Source of the DNA: Vicugna vicugna
Taxonomy: Eukaryota
Direction of reading: 5' to 3'
Length of the DNA: 64,000 nucleotides
Assembly (NCBI GenBank): GCA_013265495.1
Contig: MU057403.1
Span: forward strand, 349,965-413,964
In this document: positions 24,541-38,689 of the stretch, piece by piece
Layout: each line of letters begins with the position of its first letter
Numbering within the stretch: the stretch's first letter is position 1
Program-made: the position numbers and the translations under genes
Notes under the pieces: generated by a model
The model's input: the letters and a program-made list of their open reading frames with translations, nothing else
Database searches by the model: none
What the model was told of the DNA's origin: nothing

Positions 24541-27500
24541 TGGGTGTTATCATCTTATTTTACAGATGAGATTGAGTTGCTGAACCCAAATTCGATGGAC
24601 TCTAAAGGCAAGTCTTTTGATCGTTAAGGGAGATTGCTTCTAAATATTCTAGAGTATAAATCACAGAATATTAATATTAATCACAGAAGAGAGATAATTT
24701 GGGGCTAAAAGATCCAGCTCTGGAGCTCAATTTGAGAGGAAGTTGTGAAACAAGAATTTTCTATGTTAATTAGAAAAAAATGAGAAAATGGGTTTTTTTG
24801 TTTGTTTGTTTTAAAATTAAATGCTCATGACAATCATCATTAACAAATTGTATCTCAATATTAAACCAGGCTCGGAAGTATGTTAGATCAGTAAAAAAAG
24901 GAACAAGAGTGATTTTCTGTTTGCTTTGGAAAGAAGAGAAGGGGAAAAGGCTTCAGGGTGGGGAGGGAAGGGCAGGGTTTGTTCAGAAATACATTGTACA
25001 CATTTGCATGAGTGCAGAACACATTGGAGGTGGTCTGGGAGATAGATAAGGCTAGGTAGATAAAGCTAGACAGATTAGAGGTATCTTTGATCTGTAGGTA
25101 GCGCTATCTAAGATGTCTGAGCAGAGGTGTAACATGATGTGATCTGTGTTTAAGAGAGACAGTTAATTGCAAGGTGATAGATGGAAGTAGAGTGTGGTGA
25201 GATTGGAGGCAAATAACTAGAGGATAACCATTAGGCATGATGTTATTGTATTTCAGATATATTTTTCTATAAAAACATTCATTTTTTCATCTTAGTTATC
25301 CCCCTTTAAAAAAACTATAACTCTGAACTGCAGTCTGTAACTGAAGTAATTATTTATATGTTTTTATCCTTATTTATTCTCTGAAGATTTTGATATGATG
25401 TAAAGGCAAAATAGAAGGTGAGAGTAATTTCAAGAAAAAGGATTCAGGTTAGAGAAAATACAAGTACATCAGTAAGATAAGCTGGAGAATATTATGGAAC
25501 AAGGCAAGACCTCAGGCCCTTTGAGTTGACTAAACTGGGGTTCCAGGTGAACTCTGAGCTTCCAGGAAGCCAAAACAAAAAGGGAAACACAGACCACTAC
25601 AAAATTCATATCATCCGTGAGATAAATCCAGATCACTCATGTCATTTCCTAAGGAGAAACAGGGCAACTCTAGTCATATGAATTCGAAGGCAGTTATCAC
25701 ACAGACATCAAATGAAATTAATCATTTGATTCTCATTTTAATAATAGAAGGAGCACATCTGTGCAGATTTTTGATGAGAAATTCCCCAGTGAGAATAGTA
25801 GAGACAGGACTGTGATTTAAGCAGCATAAAGACAAGGAGCCACGTGAAGTATAAAGTCAGGGATTAGAGAGAGAATAAATCTGTCTGTCATGACTGGTCT
25901 TTTTCAGGGAACTGTGAGAGGTCAGGAGAGACAAGGAGAGGGTCTGTGTGGAAAGACTATATACAAACTGGTGAGCCACCAGTTTTTAAAAATTTTAGTG
26001 GATATTTCGTGTGAGTTTGTTAAGTCTTTAACAAAAATGCACATATTTAATTTATAATGTCTATGAAATTAAAGGACATGTTGGTTTATTGACGGACATG
26101 AAGCACAGAACACTATCAGTGATGATGGCATCTTAGCTGCAAATTTGACTTCATAGTAGAAATCATTCCAAGGTCCATAGAAAGAGACAGGATTCCTACA
26201 AAACCAGGTGTGTTCCTGTGCCTGTTCTGTAAATCTTTGCCAGTAAGATATCTTTCATTAATATTCACACCTTCTTGCTTTTGTCTTTCCTTTTTTTTCC
26301 CAATAAATATCTTATTTTTGAAATATAGCTATTCAAGACAAATGGCCAGGGATAATTTTCAGGGAAACATGCTTAAAAATCAGAACTTTGATAGCCCAGT
26401 ACTGACTGGGAGTGATTATGCTGCGTGTAGGACTCTGATCTCTTGATTGATAGATTTCTCTCATCAAAAAACAACCTGTATCATTAGCATACAACCCAGA
26501 CTTCATCCACTCTTTCCATTTGTAGCAAGAACAATTTGATGCCTAAATTTATGGTTTGTATTAAAAGCTTAGGAATCTGAAATCCATAATTTGAAGTATA
26601 CTGTATCATTGTTAACATCTTTTTTTCAAAGACTTCAAAGGAATGAATTTTTTCCCCTCTCATTTTTTTTTTATGGTACATAAAGCACTTTTGGTTTGAG
26701 GTAGGAAAATTCTATTCTATGTGCATTTCCTAGATTCCTACCTTCCAGGTGCAGGGAGCCACAGATAAAAAAGGAGCGATAACAAAGGCTTAGTTCAGGA
26801 AATGTATAGTCTACTAAGGGCTGTGACAAGGGCCCAAACAACCACAACTCAAGAGAGGTACAGATGGCCATGGATTGTGGAGGAGTGGCTTTTGTTGCTT
26901 GAGTCCTAGGCAAGATCCCATCTGATTGGGAGAGGGAGCATCAGGAAACATTTTGTAAAAGCGGTAAGAAGTTTGGTATATAGAGACAAGAGTGACAACT
27001 TTAGGAAAATTAACGTATACAATTTGTCAGCACACTCATAATGGATACCTAATCCTTATGAAACATCTTCAGCTATGCTGCAAACTTAATACCCAACCAA
27101 ATTTTAGGTGAATTAGCAGAAGAAATATTTCCTTAAGAGTTATGGAAGCCAATAAAGTGAATGTCCCTTCGTGTTGCTGTCAGGAATAAAATCCCTCACT
27201 CCTCTTCCTGGATCAACTCATAGCTTTCTCTGAAAGAGAATTAAGCTGGAGTCATTGTATCTTGCACCCCCAACTGTGTAGCAGCTCATGGGAGGAACTG
27301 TTGTTCAGTCATTTTAAAATAGTAAGTCAGCTCTACAGTGTTTAAATTTGGGAAGATGGTTGAAATGCATCCTTTAACGCCTATCTTCCTCCTTCCCTCC
27401 ACTTTCCAGCACATATAATTGTGGTAGCTTTAAAAATTTTTTTTTTTGATGATCTGCAATGCAAGTAAAAACTATGCTAAGAATGAGCCTACTGAATTTT

Positions 27501-29440
27501 CAAGGGAAGATGAACTCACAATCCTAGACAGGGTGACTTTTTATTTCAAACACGATCATCCAACTGAGGCAATTTCTAATGGAAGTTTTACCGATTTCTT
27601 GAGAAGAAGCTTGTAAAGAAAGCTTTAGCGCATAGATCTGTAGTAATGGAAGAATGACAGAGAAGAGAGTATGGTGCACATAAAAATGACTAAAAACGCT
27701 GGCTGGTCTTCCTCTTAGCAAGTCATTGACTGGCAGGACATTCATAACCTTAACAATCAGAAAAAGAAGGCTTAGTATGAAAGTAATAGTGTCTGTATAA
27801 GATCGATCTGTTGGAATAAGAGAAAAAACCCAAAGGATAAGCTGAAGTCTTAAGCTGTAAGATAAACAAATCTGTACAAGTCCCCAGTCTGTGCTAAGAT
27901 TCCTTATTTGTTTGAAGGTAAGCTAAAGTGGAACAAAGAGAATTGTGTAATGAGAGAAGGCAGGCTGAACAGGAAGCCAGGAGACTCTTTTCTTCTGTTC
28001 ATTTCCTGTGCCCCTCCTTGAGCTCAAGTTTTCTCATTTGTCAAGCAGAAATAATAATACTGTCATAAATCTCACGAATCTCTCCAAGGACTTTTGCTGG
28101 AATCAAATCAGATAAAGGATGCAGGAGCTTCTTTGAGAAGGGCAAAGGAAAAGCTAATAATAAGCATCACCATCTATATACAGAGTGTTGATACCAGGCA
28201 CAGGCTGTAAATATGTTATCTGAGCCCCCGAACAATCTTGAGGTAGGTACATATATTAGTATTCAATAGGTTAGGACACTGAGGTTAAGAAATGCTAAGA
28301 ATTTACATATGATTGTGGCAATAATAAATGGCAAAGCCAAGATTCTCTGATTCCATTCCTAACCAATTATATAAACATTAGAACTGGAAGGATTTAATGC
28401 ATTACTTTATTTAATTCTACTACCTACAAGGTACACCTCCTTTCTTATCTTCCTCCTTCATTCTAAATCATGTTTCTCCATTTTATACCCATTCTTTCCT
28501 CAGCATCACTGAACTTATCTTTCCCTGAACACTCCCCAACTCTCCACTCCAACAATTCTTAGACATCTCTCCAGTCTCACATGAAACACACTGCCATGAG
28601 GATGTGATCCTGCGTTTACCACTGTATTGGTAGCATTAGCACAAAGCTGCCCACTTCAGTAGGTGCGTAAATATCCATTCAAGAAAAGAGTGAATGGAGG
28701 AAGCAGACACAGAGAAATGAACTGAGCAGATCAATGCCATGCAGCCGAGCAGACGTCCAGACATCCAAATCTTCCGTTCTTTCTACTATCCCACTGGGTG
28801 AGTTTATTTCCCGTCCAAAATAATGGATTTTGAAGCTGAATACTTTAATCATAATCCATTCATTAAAGCGTCAGTGGTTCCCTAAATTAGTTGTGCGCTG
28901 TAAAAATAGAATGATGTATTATTTTGGTTAAGAAAAAGAATCAGCTGACAGAAATGTCGAGATGGCTAAAACAAGATTTGGGACCAATTAATGACATGAG
29001 AATGAGAAGCTGGAAGCGATATGCAGATATTAGAGAAAAGGCTCAAGGCTACTTCATATTAAATTTTTTGGCAGCATATGGAATACTTTGTGTCAACCCA
29101 GTTTGAAGAATATAAAACACTTCCTCCTACTTAACTATGCAAAGTTCAGTTTCAGCTTCTGCCTCCAGCCAGGGCACAGCTCTGTTAAAATAAACTGAAG
29201 GATGAAAAAAATGTAAGAATAAAAATTACTACATACAGAGAAGTTTTAATAAATTATGTTTAGATGAGCTTGTAATGCAGAGGCAGAATAAAAAATTTTA
29301 GTGAAAAAAAGTTTTTTTCTATTAAGAATTGGGATAATTTCAAAAAGTATTGTCACCAGGCCATAGCATTGATGGGCGGTATTGTCCATGTCAGTGCGAT
29401 AAGCCATTTTCTCTTTTGCCACTTTAGTATAAAGCAATCA

Positions 29441-29456
29441 CTATGCCCCCTAGTGT
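29441..29456 (-). promoter_or_regulatory. Candidate CTCF site
   Basis: Minus strand ACACTAGGGGGCATAG is close to the CTCF core CCACYAGGKGGCRS; lies in non-repetitive DNA. Confidence 0.45.
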
Positions 29457-29654
29457 TTATTAAAATCTTTGACAAATGATATATACCAAGGTCAAAAGAA
29501 ATGTGTCACACGTATAGTGTGATTTATTCTTTCAACTTAGAGCCCTTTCCAAGTGGCTTGGTAACCTGGAAAGTTAATCAATCCAACATGCTCATTGTAG
29601 ATGGATTGGTTGAGATGAAATTGGAGTGAAAAACAAAACCATGGCCATGTGTGT

Positions 29655-31250
29655 GTTTTAAATTCTTCATGATGGGCAATTTCAAACTTATACAAAGGCA
29701 CAGAGAATTACGCGAGAAACCCCAAGTTTCTTTACTCAGTTTGAACAATTATCAACTCAAGGCCAGCCATGGCTCATTTATATTCTTCTCCCTCAGAAGA
29801 TTATTCTGAGGCAAGTTCATTTTTTATTGAAGTAAATCTTATGATATTCTTTGATCCAAAAATATGTTAGTATACGTCCCTAAAGCAGAAGGAGCCTTTT
29901 AAAATACACCCAGACCATCATTATTAAACCTAAAAATATTAACAATAATTTCTTAATATTATTACCTATTGAGTTAGTGTTTACATTTGTCTGAGTCATA
30001 ATTTTTGCACAGTTGATTTGTATGAATTAAGAGCCAAAGAAGGTCCATACGCTGCAGTTTGTTGATATATTTTTTAAGTTTCTTTTTATCCATAGATTTC
30101 TCCTTTCTCCTTCTCTCTTTCATTTTTCATTATAATTGATTTCTTAAAGAAACTAAACTTCCCGTATCCTGAAATTTTCTAATTGCATCCCAGTGGTATA
30201 TGGTTTCACATCTTCCTCTTTCTCACATCTCCTGTCAACTGAGTGGTGAGAGTTGAAGGTTTTATCATTCAGGTTCACAATTTTGATGGCCAGACTTCTT
30301 AAGGGGCTTTGTGTTCTTTTATCAGGAAGCAGCTTTTCTGGTTGGCTCTCTGTGAATCAATAATCATTAATGATCATTAGCTAGATTTATTTTTTCTTTT
30401 TTAATCTTTTTTTAAAAATGGAAGTACTGGGGATTGAACCCAGGATCTCACACATGCCAAGCACATGCTCTACCACTGAGCTGTACCCCCGCCTCCTCAT
30501 TGCTTAGATTTAGATTCATTATTTCATTAAGGTTGGTGAATGTGGTGATATTCTGATTTTATCACTCTCTCTTCATTTATTATCTAAAATACTGTCAAAT
30601 TACCCCTATCAATGATTGTCCTGAGGCGAGTTCAAGCATGTAAGGCAAGGTAACTACTTGCCTTCATTTTACCTTTATCAGTTTTCAAAATAACTATTTG
30701 ATTCCTTAGATTTTCCCAATGTGACCATGAGATTTTTTTTGTAGTCTCATTACTGACTAATGGATTTAAATATACTTGACATGCTTCAATTCATTGCAGT
30801 TAATATTTCTTTGATGTTCAAATTATTCCGCTGTTGGCCAGCTAAAGGCTCTTCAGATTTGGACATAATATTTTAGGCTCATTTTGGCATTACAGGATAT
30901 TTTAGGTTCATCTTGTCCATTTCTTGCACTAGACCTGGAATCAACCATTTATCCAAGAAGCTCTGGTTTCTTTTAGTACAAAATGGTATTTATAAATTAC
31001 AAACCTGAACTCTAGGGTAGCTCTTTGCTACTTTAATTATTGTTAACAAGACCTTTTAATGGACAAAACTATGAAATACATGTGCATATGTATATATTTT
31101 AAAATTACATTAATAGTATACATTAGTACTTTTTCAGTAGAAATTTTAGGTTATGGAGTTTTAACTTAATTCCTTGACTTTATCTTTTTTTCTCTCTTGC
31201 TGAAAATCTTGGGTCCTAACAACAGTCATAGAATGACTAGATTTCCCCTA
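29655..31250 (-). mobile_element. Old L1M 3' relic
   Basis: 'ttgaacaattatcaactcaaggcc', 'ctagacctggaatcaaccatttatccaagaagctctggtttcttttagt' are recalled L1MC/ME motifs. Confidence 0.6.
30390..30495 (-). mobile_element. Vic-1-like tRNA SINE
   Basis: T-tail plus 'ggaagtactggggattgaacccagg...gctctaccactgagctgtacccc'; degenerate TSD cattagctagattt / cattgcttagattt. Confidence 0.9.
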
Positions 31251-32481
31251 TAGAATATGACAATAGCCACAGACTTGCAATACTGAAATAGCCAATATTT
31301 ATTTCATTTGTTTTTAGAGTTTATGCCATCAGAGATGTATCACCAGATTGCCACATTTTAAAGTCACTTGAAATACTTTCTCTCTATAGCTTATGCCATC
31401 AACTGGATGAACAGTTGGGTTTCATTTCATTTTGCTTTCATTTATAGAGATTGCCCTTTAAAGAAAACTTTGAATTATAATTATTTTTAGTTGGACTCTA
31501 CCATATGAGAGTTATAACTGCACTGTCTTTCTTATGCTATCACATAATTTTACAGATTAAATATATATTCAGTGCTCACAGCCAGTCATTATGCCAAACC
31601 CTTTTTTCATCATTTGGTCGTCCAAGTCATTTTCAAGTGGATTCTTCAGGAAGGGCCCAGGAGAAGCACGCTCCCGAGTTCTTGCAGGTTCATAATCATT
31701 GCTGTATGACTTTGAACCAGAGCGCCTGTTTTACTGGATACAAAATCCTTGGCCGCATTTTCTTAGCTTTTGTATCCTGAATGTTACTGTATTGTCCTGT
31801 GGCACAAAATGTTGCTATTGAGAAGTCTAATGTCACTTTATTTTCTTTCTCTAGTGAGAGGCTTGGTCCTTTTGCTTTGTTGTCCAAAGGGTCTTTATTT
31901 CCCACCTTTTATTTAAGTTCATAGATTTACTAAAATACGTCTCATTTTGGCCACTCTGGGCTGATTTTCCAGGGTCCTCGTGTGCTCTTTAAATCTATAG
32001 ATACAGATCTTCTTTATATCAGGGACATTTTTCTGAATAATTTATTACTGTCTCTCCAGTCCTTTTTCTCTTTCTCTTTCTTTCTTTCTGTTTTTAATTT
32101 TCTTCCCATTCGATTTTCCATCTTTTCTTATGATGTTGATTTGTCCTTGTGCTGGTCTTACTTTTGCTCATTTCTGAAGTTATTTTGTTCCTTTGCTTCT
32201 GATTTTTAAACTCTCTCAGCTCACTTTTCAAACTCATGTCCAGTCATCTCATTTTCTAACCGTGGCTCATGGCACTCTTCCATAACTTCTGTCATTTCCC
32301 CAAATTCTCTTAGTTCATTTGGAAACAGTAGGTGAAAGTGTTTACTGTTTTAGGCTCATGTCTTTATGACATGATTTCACCGTCTGCAGGAATAGTTCCC
32401 TGTCTATTATTAACTTAAAAAAAATTGAGCAGATTTATTGAACCACTGTGCCTGGTGAAACATTTCTTGGGAACACAGAAC

Positions 32482-33095
32482 TGTTGAGGGCAAAAGGTTC
32501 TTGTCTTTTGCAGAAAGAATTCAGAGACAAGATGTGGAGGTTAAGAAAGCAAAGCGAGGATTTATTAAGGGACAGGTAGTATGCTCTTGAGGGAAGAGCG
32601 GGCAGACCCAGGTGGGTGGCTGCCCCGAGTTTCCTTGGCAAGCTCTTAATATATGAGTGTAAAAATGAATGTGCAGAATATTCATCGGTGGGGAGGGGTT
32701 TGGGGCCATATTTCCTGCTCTTCATCCCAGCTCCACCTTCCCAGGTGGGGAGGAGGGATTTTTCATCCTTATTTAGTCTTGATCAGGAAGTTGGATGAGT
32801 CACAATGAACAAAAGGTTACATTAGGATGGGGGTATGATAAGCAAAGGTTACATTTGGATGGAGGTCATAATGATCGAAAGGTTACATTCAGATGGTGAG
32901 GATTCCTGTCCTGTCCCACTCTCCCACCTCCAGGACACTTACCAACCCAGAAGGTATGGATTTTTATTAGTCCAGAGAATCCTGCTTTTCTTGGCCTGTC
33001 CAAGGACCCCCGTTGTTCACAAGACGTATGACTTTCTGCCATTTGCCCATGTCCCCATTTCTCTGCTCTCATCTAGCTACCTGCCTGCTCTAACA
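32482..33095 (-). mobile_element. ERV1-class solo LTR, relatively young
   Basis: TGTT...AACA termini; perfect 4-bp TSD GAAC (32478-32481 and 33096-33099); minus-strand AATAAA at 32561-32566; TATA-like at ~32645-32655; three tandem AAAGGTTACATT-GATGG repeats at ~32811-32900. Confidence 0.85.
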
Positions 33096-36000
33096 GAACG
33101 ACAGGCCATGGAACCTAAGAAGGATGTACAACAGAGATTAGACTCTGCAGGAAAATTAGAATCTGAGAATTAGCTTTGCAATACAATGAAATTTCAGAGT
33201 GAAAATACTATCGCACATGTCTTTTCAGTCTCATCTTAGGTATAGGCCTTCATCTGAGATTCCTTAGTGTCTACCATCCATTGAGTTATTCAGACTGGCC
33301 CGCTCTTCCCCAGGACTCGACCTGTTCTGGTTCTTCCTGTGTTTTGTGCAGCCTGACAATGAGGGTGTTCTTCTCACGCCTTGTTTCGCATGGACTCAAC
33401 CTGCAAGCCTCAACTTAAATGTCGTTTCCTTCTAAAAGGGCAATCACTGGTCCTTCCCATTGCTTCAATTCAATCTAAATTAGTTCCCCTATGTCTTATA
33501 GTATCCTATACGTAGCTATAAAGTACATGCCAAGTTATAATTATATACTAAATTTTGTGACCTGTATGTCTCTGTGCTATCCTGTAAAATCCACAAAACC
33601 GGGTCTATTTCGTTCATTCCATATCCTCAGTGTCGAGCAGAACTTGTCTCACATGGAAGATGTTCAGTGCCTATTTACGGCAGGGAGAGAGGGAGGGTGG
33701 GATTTTCTGTATGTCGTCATACAAGATATTTTATTTTTTTCTTAAAATAACATCATATGGACTCAACCCCAGTCACTGCAGTAGATCATTGATCGTTGTT
33801 TTGTGCTCTTTGAGGGGATGGTGTCCAGAATATCTTTCCTTGATTAAACGATCTAGAGTTCCATTTTCTATTGTTATTGTGGTGTGTTCAGCTCCTTCTG
33901 AGACATGTTGCCTTTTTGCTCCCCCTCCTACCTTCATCTGGCTTTTTTCTCTTCCCTTTGCCTTTAGTGCCCCCAATCTGTTCTGTTTACATGCAATGCT
34001 CAGCGGTTTCTCTTCATTCGGGGGATTTATCCTGCAGTCTCTGCTTTATGAAAGCGGTGCTGAGTATTTGAGTGCAGAATTATTGATGCTTGTCGTCTCT
34101 TCATTGCGAGTGTTAGCTTTTGGAATTACAAAGACTTCTTTATCTTTTTAAATGTGTTGTGATCTGAGCAATCTGAGAGCTTACGGGGCATCTGGAGACT
34201 GCAAAGCCCCTCCCAGTCTTGGCTGCTGTATCCCATTGACCTGAAGAGCTGTCCATGCTGGGAGAGGACTCCCCTTTGCGAGTGGGCACCTGATGGCCAT
34301 CCAAGTTCTGGGCTGTTGGTTGGAAGTCCCTTGTTTTTCTGTACCTCCTGTAGTTGTCAACACTGTGTTGTTGCTGCTAGGGTTTTGGCCCCTCCTGCCC
34401 ATGGGAATACCTTGTCGCTTTCTTGTTTGATGTTGCGCATGGTTTTTTGTTTTGCGGTCTCAATTTGTTCTGTCTATTTTTGCTGGGAGGGGTGATCTGG
34501 GGAGACTGAAATTCTGTGTGATTGCCATCCTTGCTATCTTCCCTCCTGTGAGTAATTTGGGAGCAAGTGTGCTGTTGTAGATATTTTTAAACATGTAAAA
34601 CCCGAGGTGAGATTTTGTTTCCCTTTGAGATGGCTTTGTCCCTTCCCCAACCTAAACATTTCAGATAAGAGACATGATATTGTTTGAAAATATAGTAAAA
34701 ATCATTGAATGGGATTTGGAAAATATCAAGGATCGCAGGAGAAATTGCTGTTTCATCTGTGTTTGTAATATTATGGAATAAATCATTCCAATCCCTTTCA
34801 AAATAAGTATTGAGACTTATGACCTTACCCTCTATGATAAGCATCTTAGAAATTCGGACTTACAGAATGCATGAATAATAAGCCAAGGAACACAAACTGG
34901 ATGAACTAAAAGAAAATGAAATTCCACATGTTCAAGATCTGCCTGTTGCTATTCTGTTGCTGTGGAGCGTAGGATTGCCGAAATCTTACATCACTTATTT
35001 TCTATTCAAAATGATTAATGAGAACTTATAATTTCTTATCACATGGTATAACAATCAACTTATGTAACTGATTTCTTTTTTTCAAATTTTTTTTTTCCCT
35101 AAGAAGGATCTGATTCATTTCAGGGAGTAAATACACATAGTATGCCACATATAGAATCATTTCCGTTAACAACTTCTACTGTGTATACAGCTCGTGCCAA
35201 AGTCTCTGATTTGCAAAAGGTTCTCTAATTTCTAAACCAAAAAGACCCCATCAGGTGTTTTCTTCCCACTAAAATCCCATTTCCACTAAAGTACCTGGGC
35301 AGAATGCAAAACTTAGTCATACATCTTTCCTAAAAAAACTACTTACTTTTTTTTCTCTTTTCATATTAGTCTTCTGTTTATTAATGGTTTATTCCTTGAA
35401 AGGCATTATACCAGACATTTTTTACATTTCCTATTCTTGCAACTATGCAATGTAAGTAATATTATCTCCATTTAACAGATGAGAAACTTGAGGTTCAAAG
35501 ACTTGGAGTATTTTGTGTGAGGTCAGAGAACTAGCAAGATGAATTTAGTTCTAACTTCCAAATCTGGGCACTTGACATTGGACTAAGTTGTCTCATTTAA
35601 TTTAGCCTTTCTTTACTTTCTTCCTCTCTCCCTCTCTCCCTGATCTCTCTCTCACTCTCTCCCTCCGCCTCCCATCCTCCCATTCTCCCTTCTTTCCTTC
35701 CTTTCAAGAATATTTACTGTAAGTCTGGAACTGTTCTAGGTGCTGGAGAAAATAGCAGAGATTACACCATCCCTGCCCTCATGAAGCTTACATTTGAATT
35801 TGGATTGTATTTAGAGATAAACAATAAACAAATAAGCAAATTTGTATATTTATGTGTGCTTAGTGTGTCAGATGATGGTAAATGATAACCCTCATACCCT
35901 ACTCCCCTACACCCTCAAGAAGGACAGCAGGATATGGGAAATAAAGAGGGTTGGGCAGTAGACATTTGCTACTTTATGTAAAGTACACATAACTCTGTGT

Positions 36001-36205
36001 AGCCTAAGACTCACACATTTACTATTTATAGCAACTTAAAGTTCTTGCCACCAGCTTCTCTTCCAGATGAATCTTTACTACAGTGAATAAAAAGTGTCAC
36101 TTTATATCATTCTTTTCTGTATAAATTCTAAGTGCTTTTAATGAACATGTAGCCATATTGTATTATCTTTTGTTGAAGGCTCCCTAAATAGGGTACTACA
36201 CAACC

Positions 36206-36670
36206 TGTTGATAAGACAAAGTTTACTATTTACCACAGTAAAGGGGAACACCATCTCAGCAGAGTTCTTATAGGGTCTCAAGGGAGAAAGGCAAGTCAGA
36301 TTTTATGAAGAATCTGAAACTTGATTCAAGGTGGGTCTCTCAAAGTCAAAGCTTGATTAAGACTGTGATTTAACAGTTTAAGATTGGTGGAAACAGGAAG
36401 CAAGAAATTTCAGGCAAGGAATTTAGAGTCTCAGGGAAGTACAAACAAATGTTGATGCTTCTTAGGGAAGCCTCAGTGGGTCTTTTGGGAGTTTTCTGTA
36501 ATGATCAGTCAAGACATTCCCAGGTAATAGCATCCTGGAATAGTCAAGTTATGCTAATAAAATTATAAACACCAGGGGATAGTGAAGTCATGTTAATATA
36601 AATCCTCTGATTTATATGTAAGTTAAATACATAAAATCAGGGTTAAAAATTGTTATGGGATTCTGACACA
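36206..36670 (-). mobile_element. Probable old LTR
   Basis: Starts TGTTGA, ends ...TGACA, with an LTR-like opening 'caaagtttactatt...cagtaaaggggaacaccatctcagcagag'. Confidence 0.4.
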
Positions 36671-38689
36671 TCATACTATGGATACTTTAAAAATGTTTTT
36701 TGAAAAGATGGATTTTAAAATTATATGAAATGTCCTTATTAGAAATGACTGTCATTTTCAAAAGTGTTCTCTCTATTTTCTGTTCTGATAGGGCAAGAAT
36801 TTTTGTTTCTGACCCATGTTAAATCTGTATAGACAGATGATGTGAAAATATATTGTTCTATTTGCCAATATTGATTGTGGTTCAAATAGGGGAGGTTCTA
36901 GGCCAAACTATTTTTCTTTGCCAACTTTGTAACTTGGCACTTGAATACTCCGTCTTTACTTCTCACCTTTCCCCCTCTTTTAAACCTGGCCCTCAGTTTT
37001 ACACCCTGCTTCCTATAGTGGTGGTCCTTTTATGATGGCGGCAGTAGTTAGATTGGGGGTAAGGAGGAAGGATGGAAAAGACTTGGTTGGCAAGTTCCCC
37101 AAAATACTTTTAAAATGCTCTGGCCAATTTGGAGAAGTGGGTCATAATTCATGTGTGGAAGACTGGGTCATCCATCCTCTCTGATGCATTTCAGCTACAG
37201 CACAGCTGTCAGGACAAGGAAGTTATAAATCTTTCTACATGTTAACATCCACATTTAATTAATACTAATGGGCAAAGCTGTCTCTAGGGGCAGATGATAT
37301 GATAAAGAATGAAGTCTGAGAAGCAGATAATAAAGGTAGTGTGTGAAAGCGTTCTTCCTGAATCAATCCAGTTTGACTGCCAATAATGTTACCCTGTGTT
37401 GATATCTTCCAGATTTTAGCTCTTTAGAATGGCCTTTCTGTGGTTTGGACTTGGGATTTTATAATGTTTATTTTAAAAGACTGAATAGCTCCACTTTTTC
37501 TTTAGAGAAGGCTGGAGAACAAACACAGACCCATCAAATGTCTCACGCAAGATTTTAGAACTTTTACTCTCAGTCCTGACATTCGTCAGTTTCATGTAGT
37601 CCCAGAGAGTTTCTCTTGGGCATTGAGCTAAGACAATGGCCAGAGGCTGTGATTGCTAAATGGTTCTTGGGTTCAGTCAAAGTCCTGTTGACTCAGCAGC
37701 ACTGAGTTATGTAGGCATTAATTCATCCTGCACTTTAACACGTAAAAAGGCAACCTAAATGATGACCTCCCTAAAATCCCTAAGACAAGCCCCTATTTAG
37801 ATAATGGACAATCCATGTAGACTTCAGGAAAAACAAACCAGAACACACCCAGGACCATCTTATTTCAGTTGTTTAATGTGCAATGTGCTTCCGAGATCTA
37901 CTGATGGATGATGGAAAAGAAAGCTTTATTTCACTTCTCTTTCCACCATCAGAACAAGTCAAGGTGAAGCCTGGTAAGGTGACCCTCTAGGGAATTCCAA
38001 AATGTCGCTCTCCTTTACATCATGTCTTTACTCAGAAGTAGCCTTACTGATGTAACTGGTAGCCACATGTAGGGTATGAATAGACTGCTCCAGCCAGGTC
38101 CCCCTTGGTTTAATTTATCTTCCTTTTCAGGATCTAGTTAAAGTCTCTTCCCTTCCTTCCAGGCGGATACATTTTTCTATTAATATGCTACCATCTCCAT
38201 AAGGCCATTGAAAAATTCCTGCATCTAATTTTGGCTTCTCATTAGGATAGCGAACAAGGATGAGTTGCTGGCTTTCTCTCTTCAAATCAACCTTAGAGAA
38301 ACTAGAAGTGAGAAGATAGCACGGATTTAAGAAACTAACAAAAATGGTAGGAATTTTCCAGGGTCAGTTAATGTGTGGCAAACTCCTATGTGTGTGGTTG
38401 GGGTCAAGGTAAGAGGGTCGGTTGGAGGGAACAGGGTTAGTTTGAGATGGAAAACTTCAGGTGTGGTGAGAGGACAGGTCAGAGAAAAACTTCTATGTTC
38501 CGTTCTTGCTTCTTTCTTACGTGGCCTTGGATCAATCATTGATAGATCCTTAAGTACAGAAGTCCACTGTGACAGCCCACATCTCTAGTGCCAGGGCCTC
38601 TGAGGTAATATCAGGGCAAAGTGAAATCCCTACAGCAGTAAGGAATTCATAAAAATAGACAAAGAGTGCCAGACACACTCTGGCACTGT

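Noticed and set aside
33630..34151. 173-aa hydrophobic ORF
   Set aside because: Non-ATG start; T-rich sequence probably from the antisense strand of an old LINE relic.
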